A stretch of 46,444 nucleotides of DNA from Acidobacteriota bacterium (GTDB lineage: Bacteria; Acidobacteriota; Polarisedimenticolia; J045). The notes under the pieces are model-generated. The model was not told where the DNA came from, did no database searches, and saw only the letters and a program-made list of their open reading frames with translations. Below are positions 32,670 through 42,218 of this stretch, one piece after another; the stretch's first letter is position 1; every line of letters begins with the position of its first letter. The stretch is taken from NCBI GenBank assembly GCA_003695625.1, contig RFIB01000052.1, positions 1 to 46,444 on the forward strand, written 5' to 3'. Made by a program: the position numbers and the translations under genes.

Positions 32670-32716
32670 ACGATCGCACGGGGCGGCGTGCGCCGCGGCC
32701 CCAGGGAGATCCGCCG

Positions 32717-33964
32717 ATGATCGACGTGACCGGACTCGACAACCGCTGGGACGGGATCCTGCGCCCCTATACCGAGCTGCACGTGGCGCGGCTGCGCGGC
32801 AGTCTGCGCATCGAATACACGCTCGCCGACCGCGGGGCCCGACGGCTGTGGACGATGATCCGCGAGCGGGACTACGTGCACGCGCTCGGCGCGGTGACCG
32901 GCAACCAGGCGATGCAGATGGTGCGCGCCGGCCTCGAGGCGATCTACTGCTCGGGCTGGCAGGTCGCGGCCGACGCCAACGTCGCGGGGCAGGTCTATCC
33001 GGACCAGTCGCTGTACCCGGCCAACAGCGTCCCCGAACTGGTGCGCCGGATCAATCGCGCGCTCGCCCGGGCGGACCAGATCGAGCATCTCGAGGGCGGC
33101 GCGACACGGGACTGGTTCGCGCCGATCGTCGCCGACGCCGAGGCCGGCTTCGGCGGACCGCTCAACGCGTTCGAGCTGATGCGCGCGATGATCGAGGCCG
33201 GCGCCGCCGGCGTCCACTTCGAGGATCAGCTCTCGTCCGAGAAGAAATGCGGCCACCTCGGCGGCAAGGTGCTCGTCCCGACGAGCCAGTTCGTGCGCAC
33301 GCTGGTCGCGGCGCGCCTCGCCGCGGACGTCTGCGGCGTGCCGACGGTGCTGATCGCGCGGACCGACGCCAACGCCGCCGGTCTGCTCACCTCGGACATC
33401 GATCCGCGCGACCACGAGTTCATGACGGGCGAACGAACGCCGGAGGGGTTCTTCCGCACCCGCGCCGGTCTCGATCAGGCGATCGCGCGCGCGCTGTCCT
33501 ACGCGCCCTACGCGGACATGCTGTGGTGCGAGACGGCACATCCCGATCTCGGCGAGGCACGGCGCTTCGCCGAGGCGGTGCACCGCGAGTTTCCCGGCAA
33601 GCCGCTGGCCTACAACTGCTCGCCGTCGTTCAACTGGAAGCGCAACCTGACCGACGACGAGATCGCGCGGTTCCAACGCGAACTCGGTGCGATGGGCTAC
33701 AGGTTCCAGTTCGTGACGCTGGCGGGGTTCCACGCCCTGAACCACGCGATGTTCGAGCTGGCGCGCGACTACCACCAGCGCGACATGGCGGCCTACTCCG
33801 AGCTGCAGGAGCGGGAGTTCGCCTCCGAGGAGCACGGCTACACCGCGACGCGGCACCAGCGCGAGGTCGGCACCGGCTACTTCGACAAGGTGGCGCAGGC
33901 GATCTCGGGCGGGACCGCCTCGACGCTGGCGTGGGAAGGATCGACCGAGGCGGAGCAGTTCTAG
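32717..33964 (+). CDS. aceA: isocitrate lyase
   Basis: The catalytic loop [22 protein letters not shown] and the C-terminal EGSTEAEQF are present. ATG at 32717 is preceded by GGGAGA. Confidence 0.9.
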   Translation: MIDVTGLDNRWDGILRPYTELHVARLRGSLRIEYTLADRGARRLWTMIRERDYVHALGAVTGNQAMQMVRAGLEAIYCSGWQVAADANVAGQVYPDQSLYPANSVPELVRRINRALARADQIEHLEGGATRDWFAPIVADAEAGFGGPLNAFELMRAMIEAGAAGVHFEDQLSSEKKCGHLGGKVLVPTSQFVRTLVAARLAADVCGVPTVLIARTDANAAGLLTSDIDPRDHEFMTGERTPEGFFRTRAGLDQAIARALSYAPYADMLWCETAHPDLGEARRFAEAVHREFPGKPLAYNCSPSFNWKRNLTDDEIARFQRELGAMGYRFQFVTLAGFHALNHAMFELARDYHQRDMAAYSELQEREFASEEHGYTATRHQREVGTGYFDKVAQAISGGTASTLAWEGSTEAEQF

Positions 33965-36246
33965 GTCGAAGACGCGGAGGACGGCTGCAGATCGCGTCGC
34001 AGCGACTCGGCGTCGCCGCGCAGCCAGGTGAACACCGTCGTGATCAGCGTGTCGTGATCGACCGGCTTGGCGAGGAATCCGTCGAAGCCGGCGTCGAAGC
34101 ACGCGTGCCGCTCCTCGCTGCCGACGCGGGCGGTCAGGGCGAGGATCGGCAGCGAGCCGTGGCGGGGGTCGGCACGGAGCCGACGGGTCGTCTCGACACC
34201 GTCGAGGCGCGGCATCTCGATGTCCATCAGCACGAGCTGGACCTGCTCGGCGGCGACGATCTCCAGCGCCTCGGCGCCGTCCGCGGCGGTCAGCACCGAC
34301 AGACCGGCCCGTTCGAGCATGTCGGCGACGAGCCGCCGGTTGATCGCCGAGTCCTCCACGACGAGCACGCAGCCGCGCACGGCCCGCCCGCCCGACGAGT
34401 CCTCGTCGCTCGGCACGCTCTCGAGGGCCCGGACCAGCGCGCGCTCGATCTCCTGCAGGGTCGCGGGCAGGGCGACGCCGAAGCGCGCGGGCCGCGGCCA
34501 GCGCGCGCGCGGTGCCGGTGCGATCGCGGCCACCGGGGCGTGCTCGCCGAGGTCGGCCCGCAGGGCGTCCACCTCCTCGCTCTCCTCCTCGAGCAGCGCG
34601 ACGTCGACCAGCGCCGCGTCGAACGGCGTCCCCTCGGTCGCCGTCCTCCGCGCACGCTGGCCGGCGGCGGCCAGATCGGGTACCCCCGCCCCGCGGACAC
34701 CGAGCGTCAGCAGCGACTCGACGAGGCTGGCGCGCACCGCGGCGGATCGGTGGACCACGAGCACCGACCGGCCGGCGAGCAGCGGATCGTTCGCGCGCGG
34801 CTCCTGCGGGTCGCCGCCCGGGCGGAACGGCAGCGCGATCGCCAGCAGCGGGCGGCCGTCCGGGTCGACGCGCTCGTCCCACAGTCCTCCGAGGCTCGCG
34901 ACCAGTTCCCTGGCGAGCATCAGGCCGAGACTCGAGCCGCCGTCGCCGAACGACATGCCGCTCGGCCCGGCCGAGGTCGCCGTGCGCTCCGCGGACTCGG
35001 GCCGCGGCAGGCCGGACACGACGATCTCGAGCGAGGGGCCGTCCGCGCCGAGTGACGGTCCGGGCTGGCAGCAGACCGCGATCTCGTCGTCGTGCCCGAG
35101 CAGGATCGCGCGGCCGACGAGCGCCAGCAGCAACGCCTCGAGCCGTTTCGCGTCCCCGACCCAGATCGACGCGAGATCGGCGCGCACGGTGTCGACCAGC
35201 AGACGCCGGCGCGCCCGCGCGCGCGGCGCGAGCTGGCTCACCGCGTCGGACACGACGCGACGCAGCTCGAACGGCGCGACGTCGACGGTCGGGTCCCCGA
35301 GCGTCATCCGCGACAGGTCCAGCGCCTGCTCGACCTCGAGCAGCAGCGACTGGGCGGCGGTTCCGATCGTCTCGAGCGAGTCCCGCAGCGTCTCGCCGCT
35401 CCCCGGCTCGGCGCGCGCCATCGACACCGCGCCGAGGATCGCGTTGAGCGGGGTGCGCACCTCGTGTCCGAGCTGGACGAGGAACCTGTTCTTGGCGAGG
35501 CTGGCCGCCTCGGCGGCGCGGCGCGCGAGCTCGAGCGACGAGACGTCGTGGGCGGTGATCACGAGGGCCGGCCCCCCGTGGAACACGATCGGCGTCACCG
35601 ACAGCTCGACCTCGAACGGGCGTCCGTCCCGGCGCCGGAACCTGGTGAACCGGTCCGACGGGACCTGCGGGTTCCGTGCCTTCTGGACGATCTCGTCGAC
35701 CGATCCCGCTCCCGGGGCGAGGAACTCGTCGAGGCGGCGGCCGGCAAGCTCGGCGCGGGGCCAGCCGAGCAGGCCGGCTCCCGTGAGGCTGGCCTCGAGG
35801 ATCCCGTATTCCGACGGATCGACGACGAAGATGCCGATCGGCGAGGCCTCGACGATCGCCCGGAAGCTGCTCTCGGTCTCGTCGAGCCGGCGCTGCTGCT
35901 CGTCGAGCCGCCGCCGCAGCCGGCGACGGGTCCCGGTGATGTCGTCGACGATGTAGGCGGCGAGAAGCCCGGCGATCAGTCCGCCGAGCACGACCTGCGC
36001 CGGGAGGACCCAGACCCCGAGCGGGCTCCGCCCGGACAACGATGCCGGCGCGTGCGCCTCGGCGATCCGCCAGGCGACGGTGGCCGACGCGGCGAGGACG
36101 AGCAGCGCGACGCCCGCGGCGGCCCACGGAAGGTCCCGCAGGCCGGCCTGCCAGCCGCGCCGGACGCGTCGCGCGGCGGCCGCGAGCAGTCCCGCGGCGA
36201 GCAGCGCGAGCGCGCCGAGCACGACCAGATCACCGCCCATGCGCAT
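33961..36246 (-). CDS. hybrid sensor histidine kinase (2 TM, PAS, HisKA, atypical HATPase, receiver-like region, canonical receiver)
   Basis: The H-box is [16 protein letters not shown]-like segment ([16 protein letters not shown]) is present. The G2-like motif is [13 protein letters not shown]. The C-terminal REC domain has VLVVEDS...[13 protein letters not shown]...FLAKP. ATG at 36246 is preceded by GGGAG. Confidence 0.85.
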   Translation of the reverse strand: MRMGGDLVVLGALALLAAGLLAAAARRVRRGWQAGLRDLPWAAAGVALLVLAASATVAWRIAEAHAPASLSGRSPLGVWVLPAQVVLGGLIAGLLAAYIVDDITGTRRRLRRRLDEQQRRLDETESSFRAIVEASPIGIFVVDPSEYGILEASLTGAGLLGWPRAELAGRRLDEFLAPGAGSVDEIVQKARNPQVPSDRFTRFRRRDGRPFEVELSVTPIVFHGGPALVITAHDVSSLELARRAAEAASLAKNRFLVQLGHEVRTPLNAILGAVSMARAEPGSGETLRDSLETIGTAAQSLLLEVEQALDLSRMTLGDPTVDVAPFELRRVVSDAVSQLAPRARARRRLLVDTVRADLASIWVGDAKRLEALLLALVGRAILLGHDDEIAVCCQPGPSLGADGPSLEIVVSGLPRPESAERTATSAGPSGMSFGDGGSSLGLMLARELVASLGGLWDERVDPDGRPLLAIALPFRPGGDPQEPRANDPLLAGRSVLVVHRSAAVRASLVESLLTLGVRGAGVPDLAAAGQRARRTATEGTPFDAALVDVALLEEESEEVDALRADLGEHAPVAAIAPAPRARWPRPARFGVALPATLQEIERALVRALESVPSDEDSSGGRAVRGCVLVVEDSAINRRLVADMLERAGLSVLTAADGAEALEIVAAEQVQLVLMDIEMPRLDGVETTRRLRADPRHGSLPILALTARVGSEERHACFDAGFDGFLAKPVDHDTLITTVFTWLRGDAESLRRDLQPSSASST

Positions 36247-36307
36247 GTCCGCTCCCGCCGGCCCCGCGTCCGGCGCGGATCGCGCCCGGCGCGGCCGACC
36301 GCGGTCG

Positions 36308-39300
36308 TCACGGGCAGCCGTCCGGACGCATGTCCTCGACGAGGTAGAAGTAGGTCCCCGCGTCGCCGGCGACCAGATGCCGGGCTTCCGGGGTCGACGA
36401 GACGAGCGCGTCGGGGGAGCCGGACACCCCCTGCGGGCTGGTCGACCATGGGAAGCGCCAGGCGGCCGCCCCGGGGACCGGATCGGCCCGCAGCACGACG
36501 CTGGTCCGGCCGGGAGACAGCGTCACGTCGAGCCGCAGCGCATCGCGGACGGCCGCGTCGAGGTCGCCACAGTCGGTCGCCTCGAGCGCCGCCCGGCTCG
36601 GCGAGCCGAGCGCGCAGCCCGAGCCGGCCCGCGCGATCACCTGGTAGCGGTGCGGCCGGTTCGGCTCGGCAGTGTCGTCGAGATACGACGTCGCCGAGGC
36701 GGGCAGCGAGGCGACGAGCGCGCCGTCGCGCCAGACCTCGAACGTTCCGGGCCCGCCGCCGCCCCAGTCGGACACCGAGCCCCAGCTCAGCTCGATGCCG
36801 CTGGCGAGCGACGGATCCGCGTCCGTGGCGGCGAGCAGGCCGGCGAACTCGGGGGCGGGAAGGCACGGGCCGGGCTCGCAGTGCGTCGGCAGCCGCGCAT
36901 CGCTGACGCTCAGCTCGTCGACGATCGCCGCGCCGCCGGTCCCGCAGTCCGTCGAGAGATTCAGCCGGAACCGCACGCGTGACCCGCTCCACGCCGACAG
37001 GTCGAAGCGCGCCTCCTGCCACCCCGAAAGACCGCCGAACTGCGGGCCGGTGAAGCAGCCCTGCGTCGGCGGGTAGTCGCAGGCGTTGATCCACGACCCC
37101 GTGCCGCCGGGCGCGCCCTGGCACGGCGGGGCGACGGTCTGCGCGAACGTTCCCGGGTAGCCGCCGATCGGGTCGATCGGGAAGAACGGCCCGCCGTCGA
37201 CGGACAGCTCGACGACCAGTCCGTCCCACTCGTACTCGATCTCGTAGTCGAGCCACAGCGAGAGGACGGAAGCCCCTGCGGGGGCGAGCTCGATCTCCGG
37301 GCCGACCAGCGAGATGCAGCTCAGCGCCTCGTAGCGGCCGGTGCCGAGCGGGTCCGGATCGCTCCAGTACGACCACGCCCCGTCGTGGCGGATCGCGATC
37401 GGACTGCGCGACCAGCCGACGCCGGAGCCGTTCTCGTCGACGAGCACCTCGCCGGTCATCTTCACCGCGCCCTGGTCGCCTGCGTTGTCGATCCACGTGC
37501 CGGTCTGGCGCGGACCGCCCACGCGCCCCGTGAACCGCGCGCCCGGCCCCTCGCGTCCCGTCGACGCCTCGAATGCGCGCACCTCCCACGTGTACTCGTC
37601 GCCGAACGGTTCGCCCGCGTCGTTCCAGCCGGAGGTGACGCTCGTGTCGCTGAAGTCCGTCGCCGACACCTCGGCCAGCAGCGTGTCCGGCGAGGGGGCG
37701 AACCCGGGATCGCGCGAGCGGTAGACCCTGTAGGTCAGCGGACCGCCGCAGCCCGACGCGGCGGGCGACCAGCTCAGCGCGGCGCGGCAGGTCGCCTCGG
37801 CGGCGTCGACGACGGCCAGATCGGCGACGGCGCCGGGAGCCTGGCGGCATGCCGTCGGCTCGTCGAACACGACGGGCGTCGAGCGCAGCGACGGGCACAG
37901 GCCGCTCGCGTCGACCGCCTCGACCGTGATCGTCCACGGCGCGGCCTCCGCCGGCGGCTCGAGCACGATCGACGAGTCCGGGGCGTCCGCGCGGCCGACG
38001 AACCGCTCGTTGCCGTCTGCGGCGAGCCAGACGTCGTAGTGGTGCGCCCCCGGAACCGGATCCCAGCCGGCGAGCAGGCGTCCGTCCGGCAGGGCGACGA
38101 CGGTCACCGCGCCGGGGATCCCCGGGGCGCTGCACGCGGGCGTGCAGGGCGTCGCGTCGTCCTGGCGGGCGATGTTGACATAGTCGACGGCCACGTCGTC
38201 GACGCGCCAGCGGAACTCGTCTCCCTGGCTCGAGTTGCAGGTGTCCGAACCCGGCGGATCGCGCCAGGCGGTCTCGAAGATCAGCTGGAACTGCGTGGCG
38301 TCCGGGGCCGGCGGCAGGATCCACTCGGAGACGGTCTCGGGCTCGAGGGTCGGGATCTCGTCCGTCCCGTCGGCCGACAGGTCACGCCAGTAGCCGCTCG
38401 GCAGCAGTCGACTGTCGCGGTTCGTGAACACGAACACGCCGACCCAGTCGCAGCGCTGGCCGTCCTCGTTGATGCGGAAGTGGTAGCTCTCGGTGAACCG
38501 GATCCGCTCGATGATCGTCCGCGATCCCTCCGCGCCGGTGTCGATCTTGGGACTGACCAGCCGGTGGTGCGTCTCGCTCGCGTCGCTCAGGAGCTGCCCG
38601 GTGCAGCTCGGCAGCAGGGCCTGGCGGTCGCCGAAGCACAGGTTGGTGTTCCACGTCGGTTCGCTCGTCATGCAGTCGCCGTCGACGTCGAACCAGTACC
38701 AGCGTCCGGGAGTCGGCGCCGGATCCCCGTCGTAGCACTCGGGGCTGGCTGTCGTGAAGTCCTCGGTCCAGGTGCCGTTGGTGCTGATCTCGTCGACCTC
38801 GGTGACCAGCGTCAGCGGGAGGGAGACCTCGAGCGGAAGGCCGGGCGAGCGCACGCGAAGCTCCGCGCCGATCTCCGTTCCCGCGGGGACGTCGGCGCGC
38901 AGCGAGACGCGGAACGGCGTCGCGGGGTCCGCCGCGGCTCCGGCAGGAAGCGCGCCCCAGCTCGCCGAAGCGCCGATCACGTACAGACGGGGATCGTGCG
39001 AGACGAGCGTCGCGGAGACGTCCTCGAGGTCGCCGACGCCGCCGTTCGCCAGCCGCACCGAGAGGTCGACCTCCTCGCCGGCGTCGACGAACGTGTCGCC
39101 GTCGCAGCCGCCCGAGGCGGTGACCGGGCCGGCGATCAGCTCGCCGCGGCAGTCGACCGTCGCGAACGCCTCGAGCGTCCGCACCGGATCGTCGTCGTCG
39201 TAGCTCGCGACCAGCCGATCCCCGTCGGCGACCTCGAGGGTGCCTCCCTCGACGTCGAGCGGCACGCCCGACGCCAGCGGAACGAACGCCTCGAACCGGC

Positions 39301-42100
39301 CGCCTCCGAGGTCGGTCAGGGCGACCGTCTCGCGGTCGCCCGACCCGGTGGAGACGACCACCGAGAGCGGGCCGCTGCGGCCCGGGTCGGAGACCTCGAC
39401 GCGCGCGGTGCCGGAGCAGGCGTACACCGGCCGGTCGAAGGCGACCTCGCCGGCATCGCCGCGCACCGGGCCGACGGCGACGACGGCGAAGTCCTGGCGC
39501 ATGCCGCCGCCGACCCACGGGCTTCCCGGGACGGATTCGCCGACGACCTCGACGGTCCACGCGCCCGGCGCGACGTCGAAGCTGGCGATCCGCACCATCT
39601 CGACCGTGTCCGGCTCGTCGGCCGGGCGCATGCCGGGCACCGTGTAGGTGACCGTCAGCGGCTCGCGGTCGCGCGGACCCCACGCGTTGCCCCAGTAGAC
39701 CGTGCCGTCGGGTGCGGTCACCTTGAGATCGAGATCGTTGACCAGATAGAACGGCGAGGCGATCAGCGCCGGCGGATCGGGCCAGCTCAGCACGACCTTC
39801 AGGTCCTCCGACCCCGGCTCGACCCACAGCGTCCGGCGCCACGATTCGCCGGTGGCCAGCCCCGCGCTGCGCGGAACGTCCCACGCGGCGAGCCCCCGCG
39901 GATCGCCCGCGAAGAACAGCACGTCGTCGAGATGCAGCCGCCCCCAGCCCTGCTCGTTGTTGGGGGCGTCGTCACGGACGCGCGAGAGATCGCAGTCCCG
40001 GTCGTCGGTGCAGGCGAGATTGGTGTCGAGCGTGCAGCGCCGGCAGTCCGCGTCGTCCTCGCAGAAGGCGAGCGACTGCGTGCATAGCTGGACCGTCACG
40101 TCGCAGGTGTCGATCTGGCACGGGCCGACGTCGCTGCCCGCGGAGCCGACCATCGAGCGGGCGCCGGCGAGGACCGACGCCTTGACCAGCGCCGCCGACG
40201 GCTCGAACCCGTCGCCCGCCGTGCGGGTTCCCGACGGGTAGAAGCCGGTCCGGAAGTACTCGCGCACCAGCGACGCGTAGCCCGCCACGAGCGGCGCGGC
40301 GAACGAGGTCCCCGTCACCTCCGCGGTGGTGCAGGTGCGTCCGGTCTCGGCGTGGTCCGAGTCGCCGGTGACGACGCGGTGGCCGGAGAACATCACGTCC
40401 GGCTTCGTCCGGCCGTCGATCGTCGGGCCGCGGCTCGAGAACTCCCACACGTTGTCGGGGTCGAGACCGGATCCCGAATCGAGCCGCGCGTCGCTCGCTC
40501 CGACCGCGAGCACGCTCTTCGCGGTGGCGGGCGAGTCGAGCGTGCCGGCGTAGGGTCCCTCGTTGCCGGCGCTGACGATGACGAGGAAGTCGGGGTGCGT
40601 CCAGGTCATCCGGTCGGCGAAGAACGCCGTCGTGTCGTACTGGTTGCCCGGGATGCCCCACGAGTTCGTCGCGATCCGCGCGCCGGCCCCGTACATCTGC
40701 TCGAAGATCGCGTCGAGGATCAGCCAGTCCGTGCGGCCGAGACCCACGAGCGCGCCGGCGTCGTCGGCGAAGTCCTCGACGATCAGCCGGGCGCGCGGCG
40801 CCATGCCGTCGGCGAAGTCGTGGTGCGGCGCGGTCGGATTCGACTCGTCGGCGGGCCGGTCGGGGTTGTCGCCGACGGCGGAGACCGCCGCCCAGGTGCC
40901 GTGCGGGTCGCCGGTGCGGACGTCGTACGCCGTCGCCGTTGCCTGGAACGACGACAGCAGGTTGTACGCGACGATCTTGCGGCGCGTGTCGTCGACCGGC
41001 AGCGGTCCGGCGCCGCTGCCGACCGGCGGGACGCTGGAGACCGCAGGCAGGCCCGCGGCGTCCTCGAGCCAGCACACGTCCGGGTCGACGCCGGTGTCGA
41101 GCAGGCCGATCAGCTCGCCCTCGCCCATCAGGCCCTGGTTCCAGATCGTCGCCGAGACGTCGTAGTTCTGCCGGGCGAACACGTCGTAGGACTGGCCGAT
41201 CCACGCGGCGTCGTCGTTGTGCAGCCGCACGCGCCCCCGCGGCTCGACGGCGACGACCGTGTCGAGATTGGCGATGCGCGCCAGGTCGACCCGCAGCCCG
41301 GCGAGCGGAACCGACACGGCGAGCAGCTCCGGACCGGGGTCGCCGTGGGCCGTGCCCTCGACGACCAGCCCCGGGATCGCCCGGCTCAGCTCGCTGCCGA
41401 CCGCACCCGGATCGGTCCCGGGTACCAGCATCAGCGCGAGGTGGATCGCGTCCTGGTCCTCGCCCGGCAGCCGGCCTCCCGTCGGCAGGCCCGCGGCGAG
41501 CAGCCCCAGGCGCCGGTCCACCTTGTAGCCGGGCCGGTAGCGGCCGACCCAGCGGACCCCGGCGAGGCCTGCCGCGTCGGCGAGCGCGGGGGCGGGCCCG
41601 CGGACGAGCCACGCCCGATGGGGCACGTAGGCCAGCAGCTCGAGCCCCGCCGCGGCGAGGCGTGCGGCGTCGGACGGACCCGGCGCGTGGTCGAGCTGGA
41701 CGATCGCCAGGCGCGGTGCGTCGACCGGCAGGTCGTCGAACTCCGGAAGCTCGGGAACGAAGGCGGACAGCTCCGGCTCGCCGTGGGCCAGCGGATCGAA
41801 GCGCGCGCCGTCGAACAGGAGCGCTCCGCGGACACCGCGCCACCGGTCGACGCTCGCCTCGCGGGGAAACACCTGCGCCGCGGGAAGGGCCGACGGAACC
41901 GCGCCGGTGCGCGGGGGGGCGGGGGCGTCCGCCGCGCCGTCCGCCGGCCCGCGCCCCTCGAACAGGGGGGAGGGGGATCGGCGGCCGGCGGCGAGCGCCG
42001 GGGCGAGCGCCGCCAGCAGCAGCGCGAGAAGGACCGTCCCCGCCCGGGACGGACCCGTGTTCGACCGGGGGATTGCCCGGGAGGGGGGTGCCGCAGCCAT
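36308..42100 (-). CDS. giant secreted subtilisin-like serine protease (peptidase S8) with multiple C-terminal beta-sandwich modules
   Basis: The signal peptide is RAGTVLLALLLAALAPALAAG. The catalytic triad motifs are LLDTGVD, HGTWAAVSAVG and GTSFAAPLVAG (Ser codon at 40304-40306). A P-domain-like segment is YLVNDLDLKVTAPDG. Further FN3-like and jelly-roll-like segments follow. Total length is 1,930 aa. Confidence 0.85.
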   Translation of the reverse strand: MAAAPPSRAIPRSNTGPSRAGTVLLALLLAALAPALAAGRRSPSPLFEGRGPADGAADAPAPPRTGAVPSALPAAQVFPREASVDRWRGVRGALLFDGARFDPLAHGEPELSAFVPELPEFDDLPVDAPRLAIVQLDHAPGPSDAARLAAAGLELLAYVPHRAWLVRGPAPALADAAGLAGVRWVGRYRPGYKVDRRLGLLAAGLPTGGRLPGEDQDAIHLALMLVPGTDPGAVGSELSRAIPGLVVEGTAHGDPGPELLAVSVPLAGLRVDLARIANLDTVVAVEPRGRVRLHNDDAAWIGQSYDVFARQNYDVSATIWNQGLMGEGELIGLLDTGVDPDVCWLEDAAGLPAVSSVPPVGSGAGPLPVDDTRRKIVAYNLLSSFQATATAYDVRTGDPHGTWAAVSAVGDNPDRPADESNPTAPHHDFADGMAPRARLIVEDFADDAGALVGLGRTDWLILDAIFEQMYGAGARIATNSWGIPGNQYDTTAFFADRMTWTHPDFLVIVSAGNEGPYAGTLDSPATAKSVLAVGASDARLDSGSGLDPDNVWEFSSRGPTIDGRTKPDVMFSGHRVVTGDSDHAETGRTCTTAEVTGTSFAAPLVAGYASLVREYFRTGFYPSGTRTAGDGFEPSAALVKASVLAGARSMVGSAGSDVGPCQIDTCDVTVQLCTQSLAFCEDDADCRRCTLDTNLACTDDRDCDLSRVRDDAPNNEQGWGRLHLDDVLFFAGDPRGLAAWDVPRSAGLATGESWRRTLWVEPGSEDLKVVLSWPDPPALIASPFYLVNDLDLKVTAPDGTVYWGNAWGPRDREPLTVTYTVPGMRPADEPDTVEMVRIASFDVAPGAWTVEVVGESVPGSPWVGGGMRQDFAVVAVGPVRGDAGEVAFDRPVYACSGTARVEVSDPGRSGPLSVVVSTGSGDRETVALTDLGGGRFEAFVPLASGVPLDVEGGTLEVADGDRLVASYDDDDPVRTLEAFATVDCRGELIAGPVTASGGCDGDTFVDAGEEVDLSVRLANGGVGDLEDVSATLVSHDPRLYVIGASASWGALPAGAAADPATPFRVSLRADVPAGTEIGAELRVRSPGLPLEVSLPLTLVTEVDEISTNGTWTEDFTTASPECYDGDPAPTPGRWYWFDVDGDCMTSEPTWNTNLCFGDRQALLPSCTGQLLSDASETHHRLVSPKIDTGAEGSRTIIERIRFTESYHFRINEDGQRCDWVGVFVFTNRDSRLLPSGYWRDLSADGTDEIPTLEPETVSEWILPPAPDATQFQLIFETAWRDPPGSDTCNSSQGDEFRWRVDDVAVDYVNIARQDDATPCTPACSAPGIPGAVTVVALPDGRLLAGWDPVPGAHHYDVWLAADGNERFVGRADAPDSSIVLEPPAEAAPWTITVEAVDASGLCPSLRSTPVVFDEPTACRQAPGAVADLAVVDAAEATCRAALSWSPAASGCGGPLTYRVYRSRDPGFAPSPDTLLAEVSATDFSDTSVTSGWNDAGEPFGDEYTWEVRAFEASTGREGPGARFTGRVGGPRQTGTWIDNAGDQGAVKMTGEVLVDENGSGVGWSRSPIAIRHDGAWSYWSDPDPLGTGRYEALSCISLVGPEIELAPAGASVLSLWLDYEIEYEWDGLVVELSVDGGPFFPIDPIGGYPGTFAQTVAPPCQGAPGGTGSWINACDYPPTQGCFTGPQFGGLSGWQEARFDLSAWSGSRVRFRLNLSTDCGTGGAAIVDELSVSDARLPTHCEPGPCLPAPEFAGLLAATDADPSLASGIELSWGSVSDWGGGGPGTFEVWRDGALVASLPASATSYLDDTAEPNRPHRYQVIARAGSGCALGSPSRAALEATDCGDLDAAVRDALRLDVTLSPGRTSVVLRADPVPGAAAWRFPWSTSPQGVSGSPDALVSSTPEARHLVAGDAGTYFYLVEDMRPDGCP

Positions 42101-42106
42101 GTGCCG

Positions 42107-42135
42107 GAGATACGGACAAGCGCCCCGCGGAGCAA
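42107..42135 (-). promoter_or_regulatory. possible promoter placing the protease mRNA start at or near its ATG (near-leaderless)
   Basis: On the minus strand: TTGCTC (42135-42130), a 17-nt spacer, TATCTC (42112-42107), then 6 nt to ATG 42100. No SD is visible before this ATG. The hexamers are weak. Confidence 0.2.
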
Positions 42136-42218
42136 GCCCGGGCGGGTGGTCGCCCGTCCGGCGCCGACCCTAGATTCCCCACGGGCAAGCGCCGGCGGGC
42201 GCTCCCGGGAGCGGGACC

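Noticed and set aside
33961-33964. aceA and the histidine kinase share overlapping convergent stop codons (CTAG).
   Set aside because: The overlap is real but trivial, a consequence of tight packing. There is no hairpin or other signal suggesting regulation.
32636-36127. 1,163-aa minus-strand ORF spanning aceA and the histidine kinase. The same reasoning applies to similar ORFs at 35976..38324, 37385..40087, 39972..42719, 40352..43354 and 43945..46032.
   Set aside because: None has a recognisable domain. All overlap well-supported genes (aceA, the kinase, the S8 protease, pilT, alaS) in other frames or on the other strand.
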